In this document: one piece after another, positions 31,345 through 41,629 of the stretch
How positions within the stretch are numbered: position 1 is the first letter of the stretch
Layout of the letters: the number at the start of each line of letters is the position of its first letter
NCBI GenBank assembly: GCA_965198225.1
Contig: CBDAOY010000003.1
Location: 1-64,000, forward strand
Length of the DNA: 64,000 nt
Origin: Terriglobia bacterium
GTDB lineage: Bacteria > Acidobacteriota > Terriglobia > 20CM-2-55-15
Reading direction: 5' to 3'
Made by a program: the position numbers and the translations under genes
Notes under the pieces: generated by a model
Told to the model about the DNA's origin: nothing
The model's input: only the letters and a program-made list of their open reading frames with translations
Databases searched by the model: none

Positions 31345-31712
31345 CGGACCAGTCCTTCCAGCGCGGCACGCACACAGTCCGGATCCGCCTGACCCTGGAT
31401 GCGCACTCGCGCATGGCCCAGATCGATATCGATGATTCCCAGTCTGCTCGTTCGGCTCGAACTCTTCCTCCCGCCTCGTCGTCGCTTGACCGGCTCGCTA
31501 ATCTTGACCGGAAGCAGCGCCGTGGCTTCGACTTCGAGCTGTCCCTCCCGGTACAGCTTCCGCCACGCGAACACCTGATTCGCATTCACCCCGTGTGCCC
31601 GTGCCACAACCGCTACCGACGCCCCAGCCTTCAGCGATTCTTCCACGATCTGCCGCCGCTCCAACTTCGACCGCCGGTGCTGCTTCTTCCGTTCCGTTTG
31701 ATTCGCTTCCAT
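31341..31712 (-). CDS. tnpA: IS66 accessory protein TnpA (HTH)
   Basis: SVAVVARAHGVNANQVFAWRK. Confidence 0.92.
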   Translation of the reverse strand: MEANQTERKKQHRRSKLERRQIVEESLKAGASVAVVARAHGVNANQVFAWRKLYREGQLEVEATALLPVKISEPVKRRRGGRKSSSRTSRLGIIDIDLGHARVRIQGQADPDCVRAALEGLVR

Positions 31713-32615
31713 CCCTCAAGGATGAGCTTTCCAGGCCGACTCAGCGAGACGGTTTAGTTCGGACGCTTACGTTCCAAGTACCCAACGATGCGAATCGGAC
31801 CCAGGTGGTAGGTTCGGCGCAGATGCAGAACTTTCTACACCACTTCGGGTGGCGTCTGGTTCGGCATCTGATATGGGATGGGCTTCTTCTTAATCAGGCC
31901 CGCATCGCCCTGCGCCTGATATCGTCTTTTCTACAACTAGAATATCGATCGAGACACGCCGAAATACCGACAGCTCTTGACAACGTTTCGCGTGGTCCGC
32001 GCGTGCTCCAATATCCGCTTCCTTCTTCGAGTCTCCCCTTCAGCCTGATTCATCGGTACAGTCTCCTTTGAGTCCTTTAAGGACAGGATAAAACTGTCCG
32101 ACAAGCTCCTACATATATACAGGGACCCTTAGCGTGCGATTTTGCTCCGTTACTGTCGGAACCCCTATTATCTTGGTCGACCTTCAATCTCATGAACGTC
32201 AGGCGTTCCCATATGATCGTGCGACACTGCTTCGTGCGATTATTAGCCGGTGACGTGGCCGACCGGTTCGCACCATACGACCGACAAAAGCCATTGGTCA
32301 ACAGTGACGTACGTAGCGTTACCGATCGTGTGATCGCGTACGGCAAGTGGTGCCCCGATGTGTCCTACGTCGCAGTTCTCCACGAATTCACTAGGACAAC
32401 GTGATCCATTCGTGGGGGCACTGGTACTGTCGATCCAGCCGTCGTAGCATATTTCCCCGGATTCCTCCGACTGATAGCGCAAGATTCGAATGGCCATTCT
32501 GAGAACCGACATCGAAAGGGCTCTTGATGAACTCACCTCTCAAGAGGAAGGGATGCGTTTTCAGGGGCTGGCGGTAGTAATCGGCAAGAAGCGCTGGCCC
32601 GAACTCATCGCCTAG

Positions 32616-33692
32616 GAGTCTGCGCGGCAGAAGGACCGGAATTGGGCGGATAAAGATCGAAGATATGTCATGGCACGAACCTATCGGACTTATAGCCCAG
32701 AACAAACACTGCTGATGCCACCGTCGTTGAGAGATTGGTTGGCCGAAGATCACCTGTCGTACTTCATATCGGACGCGGTGGACGCGATGGATTTGAGCGC
32801 GTTCGAACAGCGGTATGGAACCGAGGGTCCGGGCACCTGGCCACGATACAGGCGGCCATGAAGCGGCTCGAAGAACGTCAGATGGCCGCGGACAAGGAAG
32901 CGGGACGGAACACCAAAGATCACAAACCCGGATGCGGAAAGAAGCCATTCAAACGTCCCATGGGGGAACCTAAACCCACGGCCCAGGACAACTTCACCGA
33001 CCCGGAAAGCCGGATGATGAAGACCTCCACCGAAGGGTTCCAGCAATGCTACAACGCGCAAGCGGTGGTGGATTCCCAGGCCCGGATCATCGTGGCAACA
33101 ACGGTGACTGACAATGCATCGGATGTGGGGCAGTTGGAACCCACGCTGGATGCGTTGAGCGACAATCTGGGGGAGCGTCCCGACCGCGTGCTGGCCGATG
33201 CGGGATATCGATCCGAGTCAAATCTGGGGATGTTGGAACAACGTCAGATTGACGGGTATGTTGCGATGGGTCGCGAGAAGGATCTCGCCCGTGCCCCACT
33301 CCCACCCAAAGACACCGCTGTTGGTCGGATGATGAGAAAGATGAAAACCAAGCGTGGGCGTGACCGCTACCGGGCCCGAAAGCACATTGGTGAGCCGCCC
33401 TTCGGGTGGATCAAGTCGGTGCTCGGATTCCGACAGTTCAGTCTACGCGGTTTGGACAAAGTGACCGGGGAGTGGAATCTGGTCACTCTGGCGGTGAACT
33501 TACGACGGATGAACGGGAAGATCGAATGGGCATAATCCGGAAAACCGCAACCCGGCAGACCCGATACACGGCCAATTACGGGTGTCCGTACAACTCTGAA
33601 CTCGTCGTATCGGAAGAATCGGTCGATTCTCCTCCGAAGACCCTCTCAAATCCCAATCAGTCCGAGTTCTTTGCGCTCTGCCGCGCAGACTC
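32616..33692 (+). mobile_element. IS1182-family element with internal deletion, CTAG target duplication
   Basis: IRs GAGTCTGCGCGGCAGA / TCTGCCGCGCAGACTC flanked by CTAG at 32612-32615 and 33693-33696. Confidence 0.85.
32670..33535 (+). pseudogene. IS1182-family transposase, N-terminus joined out of frame to C-terminal half
   Basis: LMPPSLRDWLAEDHL (N-term), then NFTDPESRMM, YNAQ, LADAGY, EPPFGWIK, FRQFSLRG in another frame. Confidence 0.85.
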
Positions 33693-33744
33693 CTAGGCGA
33701 CGGAATTACGTCTGTGCCGCCCTTGGTTTCTTGGATTGTCCCTG

Positions 33745-33834
33745 GTGGCACCGGTCAGGAATGCGCCCTACTGGTCCATCAGCAGGCTGCGCTTCGCGAA
33801 CACATCCGAACGGAAATAGGCCCCCTCGACGCCG
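33745..33834 (-). repeat. 90-bp copy of integrase 3' end (direct repeat of 37060-37149)
   Basis: 85/90 identical by manual alignment; encodes GVEGAYFRSDVFAKRSLLMDQ*GAFLTGAT. Confidence 0.92.
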
Positions 33835-33923
33835 AGCACGATTCCAAAGTGAGATCTGACCGACCATCGCCGAAGGACACGATCGAAACCCAACATGTCT
33901 CGCGGGCCGAAGCACGCATTGCG

Positions 33924-36853
33924 GTGAGACGAAGCGGGCTCGCATCGGTTCTGTACGGAATCGTTCGTCCAGGACACGCCAGGGCTGCGACGGTGAACGC
34001 GAACGCATTGACACTGACGTTTGCGTTCCGATCCAAGGAAATACCTCTCGGCAAGATCGATACGGCAGAGCTCAAGGCAGGGCGGTGCTGGGGCCATGTT
34101 CGGATCCGGCATGTCGCCGGAAACGTGGTCGTGTCGGGGCTGTCGCCCTCCGATGCGACGTCGCTCGCCAGGACGCTGGAAGCGGCGAGAGTCGATTGGT
34201 GGCGCGAGATGCTCGCGGCTCAGTTCGAATCCCTCCGTTCGGTTCACGCGCGCGTCTCGAAGCTTGAGACGCCGCCGAGATACATGACCAACAGTGTCTG
34301 GAGCGATTTGGAACTTGCCGCGCAGAAGGTGGCCGGCCAATTCGCAGCCCGATGTCCGGCCACGCTGTCGAGAACCCCGGAAGTCCAGACGCTAAAGCCG
34401 ATTCGGGACTTTCTGGAAGGCGGCGATCCGCTCAGGGCGAGGGTCAACCAGGCGTTCGTAATGAGTGAACTGAACGAATGCCGACAATTCTTCGACCGCG
34501 TGGAGACGCGGCCGCTCACGGAAGAGCAACGCAAGGCGGTCGTGGTCGATGAAGAGCGGAACCTGGTCGTTGCCGCGGCCGGCAGCGGCAAGACCTCGGT
34601 GATCGTGGCCAAGGCCGGCTGGTTTCTCCATAGAGGCTACCGGCGCCCGTCGGAGCTACTGCTCCTGGCGTTCGCGAAAGACGCCCGGGACGAGATGGAA
34701 GTGCGGGTCCGCAAGCGCCTCGGCAACGAAGCGGCATCCGGCATTGAAGTGAAGACGTTTCACAGCCTGGGAATGGCGATCATCGGCGAAGCCGACGGGA
34801 AGCGTCCGGCGTTGGCCAAGGCTGCGGAAGATGAAAAGGCGCTGATCGACCTGCTCAAGCGCATCGTTGCTGATCTGGCCGCCGACGGAGGATTCTGGAA
34901 ACTGTTGCTGAGTTGGTTCCAGTCTCAGTTCGCACCCTACAGGGGCGAGCACGAATTCCGGAGCCAAGGCGAGTATTGGAGCTACATCCGACGGCATGAG
35001 ATCCGGTCGCTGAACGGAGAACAGGTCCGGAGTTACGAGGAGTGTGAGGTCGCAAACCTCCTCTTCCTTAACGGCGTATCCTACGAGTACGAACGCGTCT
35101 ATGAGCACGACACGGCGACGCCGGAGAAGGGACCCTACAAGCCGGACTTCTATCTGCCCGGCGCCGGGATCTACATCGAGCACTTCGGGATCGACGCTGC
35201 TGGAAATACCGCGCCGTATGTTCCACGGAAGAAATATCTCGATGACATGGCGTGGAAGCGCCAAACGCATGCCGAACACGGCACCATTCTGATCGAGACC
35301 TTCAGCCACGAACACGCCGCCGGCAGGTTGACCGAGAATCTGGCCGCGAAACTGAAAGCTCTCGGGGTAATGATGGCCCCGATACGACGCGACGAGGTCT
35401 TTGCAGTGCTCGATCGGCAGGGACGGATCGGTCCGTTCATGCGCATGCTGGCGACCTTTCTCAAGCACTACAAGGACTCCCGTCTGACATTCCGGGAACT
35501 CGCCCGCCGTGCCACCACGCTTCGAAACCGATTGCGAGCCGAAGCCTTCCTCGCCGTGTTCCGCCCCGTCTTCGAGCGCTACGAGGAAGGACTCCATCGA
35601 TCCGGGCAGATCGATTTCGACGAGATGATCACCCGGGCGACCGACCACGTCGAAACTGGGCGTTATCGCAAGCGGTTCGGCTACATCCTTGTCGACGAGT
35701 TCCAGGACATTTCACCAGGCCGGGCAAGGCTGCTCAAGGCGCTGCTGGAGCAGTCGCCGAGCGCCCAGTTGTTCGCCGTCGGCGATGACTGGCAGGCGAT
35801 ATTCCGGTTCGCCGGCTCCGATATCGCCATCATGCGCGAGTTCGAAGAGCGTTTCGGCAAGAGCGAGCGGGTGGATCTGGAAACGACCTTCCGATGCGCT
35901 GATGGCATCGCCCGAGTCGCGACCAAGTTCGTTCTCCGAAATCCCGCTCAGATTCGTAAAACCGTACGTTCAACGCTGAAAGCGCAGGGGCCGTGCGTGC
36001 ATGTGGGTCTTTCGGTGACGGAAGATCGTCCGTTGTTGAACGAAGCGCTGAACAGGATCGAGGCCGATGCCGCAACGCATCAGGGAGTATCGAGCGTCAT
36101 GCTGTTGAGCCGGTACAGACATCTGCGCCCGCAGAACCTGTCCAGTTTGGCCACGCAGTATCCCCGTTTGCGGCTCTCTTGGATGACCGTGCACGGCTCA
36201 AAAGGGCTCGAAGCCGACTATGTGGTGGTCCTCGGTCTGTGCTCGGGAAAATGGGCTTTTCCGACGGAGGTCGCCGACGACCCGATCCTGAGCCTGGCGC
36301 TCGCGGCTCCGGAGGACCATCCCAATGCCGAGGAGCGGCGTTTGTTCTATGTCGCCATGACTCGCGCCCGGCGCCATGCCTTCCTTCTCGCGGATGGCGG
36401 CCCGGCCCGGCTTCCTCGTTCGTCCAGGAGTTGATCGACGGAAGTTATGACATTACCGTCTTCGGACGCCTACCGGAAAGCAAAGTGCCGTGTCCAAAAT
36501 GCGTCGAAGGCCACCTCGTACGCCGGGAAAACGCTCGGGACCGTGGCACCTTCTATGGCTGTTCAAACTGGCCATACTGCGAGCACGCGCAGGCCCCGTG
36601 TCCCAACTGCGGGAAGGGACTGCCGGTCAAGAAAGACGGGGAATTCCATTGCCGCAACTGCGGCAAGTCGGTCGAGGCCTGCCCGAATGGTGACGGCTGG
36701 CTGCGAACGCGGACCGGCACGTACGGCCGCTTCCTCGGTTGTTCGAACTGGCCCGCGTGCGATTACACCCGCGATTTTCGCCAAGAACGAAAGAGGCGCG
36801 GGACTCCAGCCGGGTTCGCCGGGTGGTCAGGGCAAAGGTTCGGGCGAAAGTAG
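33924..36853 (+). pseudogene. Helicase IV/UvrD-like helicase with PD-(D/E)xK-like insert and C-terminal zinc ribbons; frameshifted by a 5-bp duplication at 36401-36410
   Basis: AAAGSGKT, YKPDFYL..IYIEHFG, LVDEFQD, VGDDWQAIFRF, TVHGSKGLE, EERRLFYVAMTRAR. Zn ribbons (CPKC, FYGCSNWPYC) continue in ORF 35993-36853. Start GTG 33924 is a guess. Confidence 0.85.
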
Positions 36854-37013
36854 ATAGACCCGACAGTTCGGTTTTTGCGCGGGAATCTCGGCAAATCGGT
36901 CGCGTCCCGTGGCAAGGAGGATCGAGTCAACAACCCGGGACTCTGGAGGCAAGAACTGATGCTCTAATCGTCGCTTCACTCCCGCGGGCGTTCACCATCA
37001 TCGGAATCGGGCA

Positions 37014-38207
37014 TCACGATGCCCGGAACCGGCGTTCGCGATCATCTGAATACGCAGTAGTGGCGCCGGTCAGGAATGCGCCCCACTGGTCCATCAGCAG
37101 GCGGCGCTTCGCGAACAAATCCGAACGGAAATAAGCCCCCTCGACGCCGCCGACAACGTGCGCCAAAGCCGCCTCGGCGACCTCACGCGGCTTGCCCGTC
37201 TCGGCGCACCAATCCCTGAAGCTCGATCTGAAACCGTGTACGGTCGCCTTGTCTGCGAGACCTCGATCCCGCAGCACCTTTGTCAATGTCATGTTGCTCA
37301 GCGGCTTTCCCGGCCTCAGCGGTGACGGGAAGACCAAGTCGGAACCATCATTGAGTGCCTGCGCTTGTTCGAGCACGCCGAGCACGGCATCGCTGAGCGG
37401 CACTCGATGCTCTCGCTGTGACTTCATTCGCGTTGACGGGATCGTCCACACCGTTTGATCCGTGTGGATCTCGTCCCAGCGCGCGAAACGCGCCTCGCCG
37501 GACCGTGCCGCCGTCAGCACCAGAAATCGAAGGCACAGTTTTGCGGACATGGAGGCCCCGGACGCTTCCACGGTGTCGAGCGCCGCCCTGACCTCCTGAT
37601 AGGGGAGAGCATGAAAGTGAGTCTTAACGGCAGGCATGGCAGGTAGTGCGCCACTGATCGCATCACCGGCGACGTTACGATCGATAAAGCCGTGAGCCTC
37701 GCACCACCGCAAGACGGTTCGGATACGCTGCCGAACGCGGCGAGCGGTTTCCATGCGGGTGCCCCAGATCGGCGTCAGGACGCGCAGCACATCCTCCCGG
37801 CCGATCCGGTCGACAGGCATATCTCCCAACACTGGGAAGGCGTGACGTTGAAGTGTTTGTATCCAGGAAACGGTGTGGTGGTCATTGCGCCAGCGCGGCT
37901 TGAGCGTCGCATGGGTCTTTTCAGTGGCCTGTCGAAACGTTGGCACTTTCGCCTTGCGTTTCTCGGCGAGCGGATCGCCGCCGGTTCGCGCGAGCCTGCG
38001 ATTCTGGAACGCGGCCTCCCGCGCCTCTGCCAGACTCACCAGCGGAAAACCTCCAAGACCAATGTCGCGGCGCTTGCCGTCAATCGTCAGTCGCTGCACC
38101 CAGCTTTTCGATCCGCCGGGCGCGACGCGCAAAAACAACGTGGCGCCATCGCCGTGCATGCCCCGTTTTGTGATTGATTTTCCCTTAGCGACCGTCAGCC
38201 TTCCCAA
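37014..38207 (-). CDS. P4-like tyrosine integrase with arm-binding domain
   Basis: GSKSWVQR..IGLGGFPLVSLAEAR arm domain; catalytic LTAARSGE, MK, HGFR, LAH, AYFRS; adjacent to tmRNA 3' end. Confidence 0.95.
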   Translation of the reverse strand: MGRLTVAKGKSITKRGMHGDGATLFLRVAPGGSKSWVQRLTIDGKRRDIGLGGFPLVSLAEAREAAFQNRRLARTGGDPLAEKRKAKVPTFRQATEKTHATLKPRWRNDHHTVSWIQTLQRHAFPVLGDMPVDRIGREDVLRVLTPIWGTRMETARRVRQRIRTVLRWCEAHGFIDRNVAGDAISGALPAMPAVKTHFHALPYQEVRAALDTVEASGASMSAKLCLRFLVLTAARSGEARFARWDEIHTDQTVWTIPSTRMKSQREHRVPLSDAVLGVLEQAQALNDGSDLVFPSPLRPGKPLSNMTLTKVLRDRGLADKATVHGFRSSFRDWCAETGKPREVAEAALAHVVGGVEGAYFRSDLFAKRRLLMDQWGAFLTGATTAYSDDRERRFRAS

Positions 38208-38355
38208 GTCTTACCCCACGTTATTTCCAACGTTCTATCGGGGATTTTATGGGAACGAACATTGCAAGCCTCTATTTGACAATTAACTCCAATATTATCA
38301 TTTATATAATGGTCTTTCTGAGACACTACGGGCTCTAATTGGACAAGGATAAAAA

Positions 38356-38707
38356 TGGAGGCGGCGGGAATCGAACCCGCGTCCGAAAACGTTCAACAGA
38401 AGAGTCTACATACATATCAGGTTCCGATTTGTCTCACGTCCGGCGCGAGGGAACCTGCAACTTCACCGGAACGCCAGCCCGTTGGATTCGCCCCGGCCGG
38501 CCGGGCCAGTCGACCGGGGCTATCCTGCATAAAGTCGTCGCTCTAAGAAAAACCTACAGGCGAATCTTTCGAAGAACGTAGCCGCTTAAGCGGCTAGTGC
38601 TAACTGATTGTCAGCAGTTGATTGTTTTTCCACGGGTTTTACGAGGATCGCGGAACCTCGGCATGCATCTCCTGCCTCATCGCATCCGTCGAAACCGGTG
38701 CGCCCCC
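38356..38707 (-). ncRNA. ssrA: tmRNA
   Basis: 5' GGGGGCGCACCGGTTTCGAC, 3' GGGTTCGATTCCCGCCGCCTCCA; tag frame 38615-38586 encodes ADNQLALAA*. Confidence 0.95.
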
Positions 38708-38720
38708 GGCAGTCTATTCA

Positions 38721-38749
38721 TTTATAGGGCCCACGCGCCGACCTGTCAA
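38721..38749 (-). promoter_or_regulatory. Sigma70 promoter of tmRNA
   Basis: TTGACA-17 bp-TATAAA on minus strand, 13 bp upstream of the mature 5' end. Confidence 0.75.
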
Positions 38750-38790
38750 TCCGCGGTCGATAGCGCGCCACCCAGGGCCCCCTTCGATCG

Positions 38791-38821
38791 ACTCGTCACT
38801 TGTCACTCGTCACTCGTCACT
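38791..38821. repeat. Heptamer tandem repeat (ACTCGTC) x4
   Basis: actcgtc acttgtc actcgtc actcgtc act. Confidence 0.7.
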
Positions 38822-38877
38822 TTCCAGGGGTACGAACCGACGGAAGTCACTAGAAACGTTAGCTTTGCGGGCCCCTA

Positions 38878-38886
38878 TGCTATAAT
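38878..38886 (+). promoter_or_regulatory. Extended -10 promoter element
   Basis: TGCTATAAT upstream of GGAGG RBS and ATG 38913. Confidence 0.6.
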
Positions 38887-38912
38887 CCGACCTTTCTTCC
38901 GGAGGTCGACTC

Positions 38913-40166
38913 ATGTCGGGGAATTCACCTTCAAATCCACCTGAGGGCAAAACAACTCTCGATCGGCTGCTGGGGGCCGCATCTCCCGCGATGGCGGAAG
39001 AGCTGGACCGCATCATGCAAGAATTTCGCGCCTCCCTCGAGGTCGAGTTCAACGTTCGATTGAAGAAGGCCCTCCTGGAAAAGGAGGCCGATTTCCGCGC
39101 TGAGGCGGACGAGGATCGCCGTCAGGCTGTGGAGGAGACCGAAAAGTCGGTCCGAGTCGGTGTGACCGCGAAGCTCGAGGCCCGGTTCAAGGCGGATTTG
39201 TCGTCCCAACTCCAGGAACTGCGAACCCGGCTGGAAGAGCAAGCACGGCAGGCGATCGATGCTTTGAAGTCCGAGCAGGAGCAGAGGGTGGAGAGGGAAC
39301 GCGAGTCGGTCCGTCTGGGAGTGACGGCGGAGATGGAAGCCCGCTTCAAGGGAGACCTTCAATCGCAGCTCGAGCAATTGCGCGCCAGCATGGAGCAGGA
39401 AGCAAGAGAGGCCGAGGAACGTTTGAAGAAGGAAGCTAGGGAAACGGTCGAACGATTGAAGGAACAAGGCAAAGAGGTTGCCAAGCAAGTCGACCGCTGG
39501 CGCCTGCTCGCCGAATTCAGCCGCCGCATCGGGGATGCCTCTTCACAGGTCGAGATCCTCGCGCGGTTCCTGAGAGCGGCAGGACAGTTTTCGGCCGGTG
39601 TCGCCATGTACCTGAACAAACCGGAAGGTCTGGAGCTGTGGAAGAGCGCTGGCGACAATGCCTTCCCTGATCTGATTTCGGAGGAGACGATCGACCCGGA
39701 ATGGTACTTCTCAGAGATCGTCGTTCGCGACAAGACGGTCGCCGCCATTTGTGCGGCGGGGGTCGAGGATCGTGAATCTCTCCTCGTTCTCGTCGAAGGC
39801 CTGACCAAGGCGATCGAGAACTTCGGGTTGCGCATCCGGTTCTTTGGACCCCCATCCTCGTCCGAAACGGACGAGGAAAACGACGCCGACCGGCGCCAGG
39901 AAGAGACCCGGGCCGAGGCCCGACGGCTGGCCCGGATGCTGGTCTCGGAAATCAAACTCGGCTACGAAAAAGAAGTGCAGGAAGGCCGGGCGAATTCCGA
40001 TCTATACAGCCGGCTCCACAAGGAAATCGACTTGAGCCGTGAGACATACCGGCGGCAGTTTGCGGCTACTATGGACGGCGAAGATTACTTTCACGAGGAG
40101 ATCGTGAAGATTCTCGCAGACAACGATCCGGGACGGCTCGGGGAAGGCTATCCGGGCCCCGCTTAG
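38913..40166 (+). CDS. Hypothetical coiled-coil protein with internal 53-aa repeat and GAF-like region
   Basis: E/R/K-rich helices, duplicated SVRxGVTAxxEARFK unit, C-terminal ARMLVSEIKL...DLYSRL..EID domain. Confidence 0.75.
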   Translation: MSGNSPSNPPEGKTTLDRLLGAASPAMAEELDRIMQEFRASLEVEFNVRLKKALLEKEADFRAEADEDRRQAVEETEKSVRVGVTAKLEARFKADLSSQLQELRTRLEEQARQAIDALKSEQEQRVERERESVRLGVTAEMEARFKGDLQSQLEQLRASMEQEAREAEERLKKEARETVERLKEQGKEVAKQVDRWRLLAEFSRRIGDASSQVEILARFLRAAGQFSAGVAMYLNKPEGLELWKSAGDNAFPDLISEETIDPEWYFSEIVVRDKTVAAICAAGVEDRESLLVLVEGLTKAIENFGLRIRFFGPPSSSETDEENDADRRQEETRAEARRLARMLVSEIKLGYEKEVQEGRANSDLYSRLHKEIDLSRETYRRQFAATMDGEDYFHEEIVKILADNDPGRLGEGYPGPA

Positions 40167-40180
40167 GAGTAATCATTCCG

Positions 40181-41359
40181 ATGTTCAACAAGCCGATCTC
40201 TCGTAAAGCGGAGCAGTTCACCGAATCGGTGATCCGGGAAATGACCCGGCTCGCGCTCCAACACAACGCGATCAACCTGTCCCAGGGCTTTCCCGATTTT
40301 CCCGCCCCGGACGTCCTTAAAAAAGCAGCCGCGGACGCGGTGTTCGCCGATGTGAACCAGTATGCGATCACATGGGGAGCGAAGAGCTTCCGTGACGCTC
40401 TTGTCGAGAAGACCAAGCACTTCATGGGGATCGATATTGATCCGGAGCGGGAGATCACGGTCGCCTGCGGATCGACCGAAGCGATGATGGATGTCATGCT
40501 GGCCGTCATCAACCCCAGCGACGAGGTGATCGTTTTCGAGCCATTCTACGAGAACTACGGACCCGATGCCATCATCTCGGGCGCCACGCCCCGCTACGTC
40601 CAACTGCGCCGGCCCGACTGGACTTTCGACGAGAAAGAACTCGAAGCGGCCTTCAACGACAATACGAAGGCGCTGATCATGAACACGCCGAACAACCCGA
40701 CTGGGAAGGTCTTCTCGCTGGAAGAGCTCGAACACATCGGGAAGCTCTGCCAGAAATGGGATGTCCTGGTGGTTACCGACGAGATCTACGAGCACATACT
40801 CTACGATGGCGCCAAGCATGTCTCGATGATCCAGGTCGAGGGCATGCGCGACCGAACCATCGTCGTCAACGGCATGTCGAAGACCTACAGCGTGACCGGC
40901 TGGCGCGTGGGTTACTCGATCGCCCCGCCCGAGATCACGAGCGCCATCCGGAAGATGCATGACTTCATCACTGTTGGTGCTCCCGCACCGCTCCAGGAGG
41001 CCGGTGCCGTTGCCATGCGCCTGCCCGATTCTTACTACGAGCAACTGGCTGCGAGCTACCAGATACGACGCGATCGGATGATCAAGATGCTGGATGATGC
41101 GGGGTTCGATTTCATCGTCCCGAAGGGCGCCTACTACATGATGAGCGACATCACACGATGGGGGTACCCGAACGACATCGAGATGTGCAAGTTCCTGGTC
41201 ACTGAAGTCGGCGTCGCAACCGTCCCCGGGAGCAGTTTCTTCAGCAACCCCGAATCTGGCAAGAACCTCATCCGTTTCACCTTCTGCAAGAAGCCCGAAA
41301 CGCTGGCGGCCGCCGAAGAGCGGTTGAAGAAGATGAAGGAGTTGGCAGTTGGAAAGTAG
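40181..41359 (+). CDS. PLP-dependent aminotransferase class I/II
   Basis: INLSQGFPDF, NTPNNPTGK, TDEIYEH, SKTYSVTGWRVG. Confidence 0.93.
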   Translation: MFNKPISRKAEQFTESVIREMTRLALQHNAINLSQGFPDFPAPDVLKKAAADAVFADVNQYAITWGAKSFRDALVEKTKHFMGIDIDPEREITVACGSTEAMMDVMLAVINPSDEVIVFEPFYENYGPDAIISGATPRYVQLRRPDWTFDEKELEAAFNDNTKALIMNTPNNPTGKVFSLEELEHIGKLCQKWDVLVVTDEIYEHILYDGAKHVSMIQVEGMRDRTIVVNGMSKTYSVTGWRVGYSIAPPEITSAIRKMHDFITVGAPAPLQEAGAVAMRLPDSYYEQLAASYQIRRDRMIKMLDDAGFDFIVPKGAYYMMSDITRWGYPNDIEMCKFLVTEVGVATVPGSSFFSNPESGKNLIRFTFCKKPETLAAAEERLKKMKELAVGK

Positions 41360-41480
41360 TGTAGGTGCGCTCTATGAGCGCACATTCGACGAAACAGAAC
41401 AATGTGCGGTCATAGCCGCACCTACACGGGCGTGGGGTTTTGCGGTTCGAAGAATGTGCGGTCATAGACCGCACCTACAC
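41359..41480. repeat. GTAG-type REP/REPIN cluster
   Basis: GTGTAGGTGCGCTCTATGAGCGCAC and inverted GTGCGGTCATAGACCGCACCTACAC units. Confidence 0.8.
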
Positions 41481-41629
41481 TTAAGAATGTCAAGAAAATG
41501 TAAACTCGACACCAAATCCTTCCTGGTATCGTCCAAGCATTGTATACACGCCCATGGGGCTCTGTTTTAGGTTTGTGCGCTATAATTCAGCGCAATAGAC
41601 ACCATTAAGTTAGATGGAAGGTTAACCCG

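Larger units (their letters stand above)
29260..31770 (-). mobile_element. IS66-family element with 8-bp target duplication
   Basis: Ends GTAAGCGT / ACGCTTAC; DR GTTCCAAG at 29252-29259 and 31771-31778. Confidence 0.93.
25690..32121 (-). mobile_element. IS481-family element, degenerate, interrupted by IS21 and IS66
   Basis: TGT...ACA ends with shared GTCGGACA IR core. Transposase pieces at 31779-32053 (N-term), 28925-29259 (AIDDATR) and 25726-26012 (RTDCGHEF, NGKVERSHR). Confidence 0.8.
1..38355. mobile_element. tmRNA-integrated genomic island (left end outside window or eroded)
   Basis: Integrase next to tmRNA 3' end; IS-dense, pseudogene-rich cargo; abrupt change to housekeeping genes beyond the tmRNA. 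Confidence 0.75.

Noticed and set aside
32122-32611. Possible gene remnant between IS481 and IS1182
   Set aside because: Short ORFs in several frames, none recognisable.
33714-33923. N-terminal extension of the helicase ORF
   Set aside because: Overlaps the antisense integrase-tail repeat, so it is probably non-coding read-through.
12562-36853. ATPase-TOPRIM plus UvrD helicase as a Gabija system
   Set aside because: The genes are ~20 kb apart on opposite strands, and the helicase is helicase IV-like rather than GajB-like.
1-38355. Second att site (duplicate of tmRNA 3' end)
   Set aside because: No convincing copy of TGGAGGCGGCGGGAATCGAACC found by eye; only short chance matches such as ATGGAGG at ~7604 and ~12534.
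41359-41480. REP clusters as a CRISPR array
   Set aside because: Units alternate in orientation, spacing is irregular and there are no cas genes.
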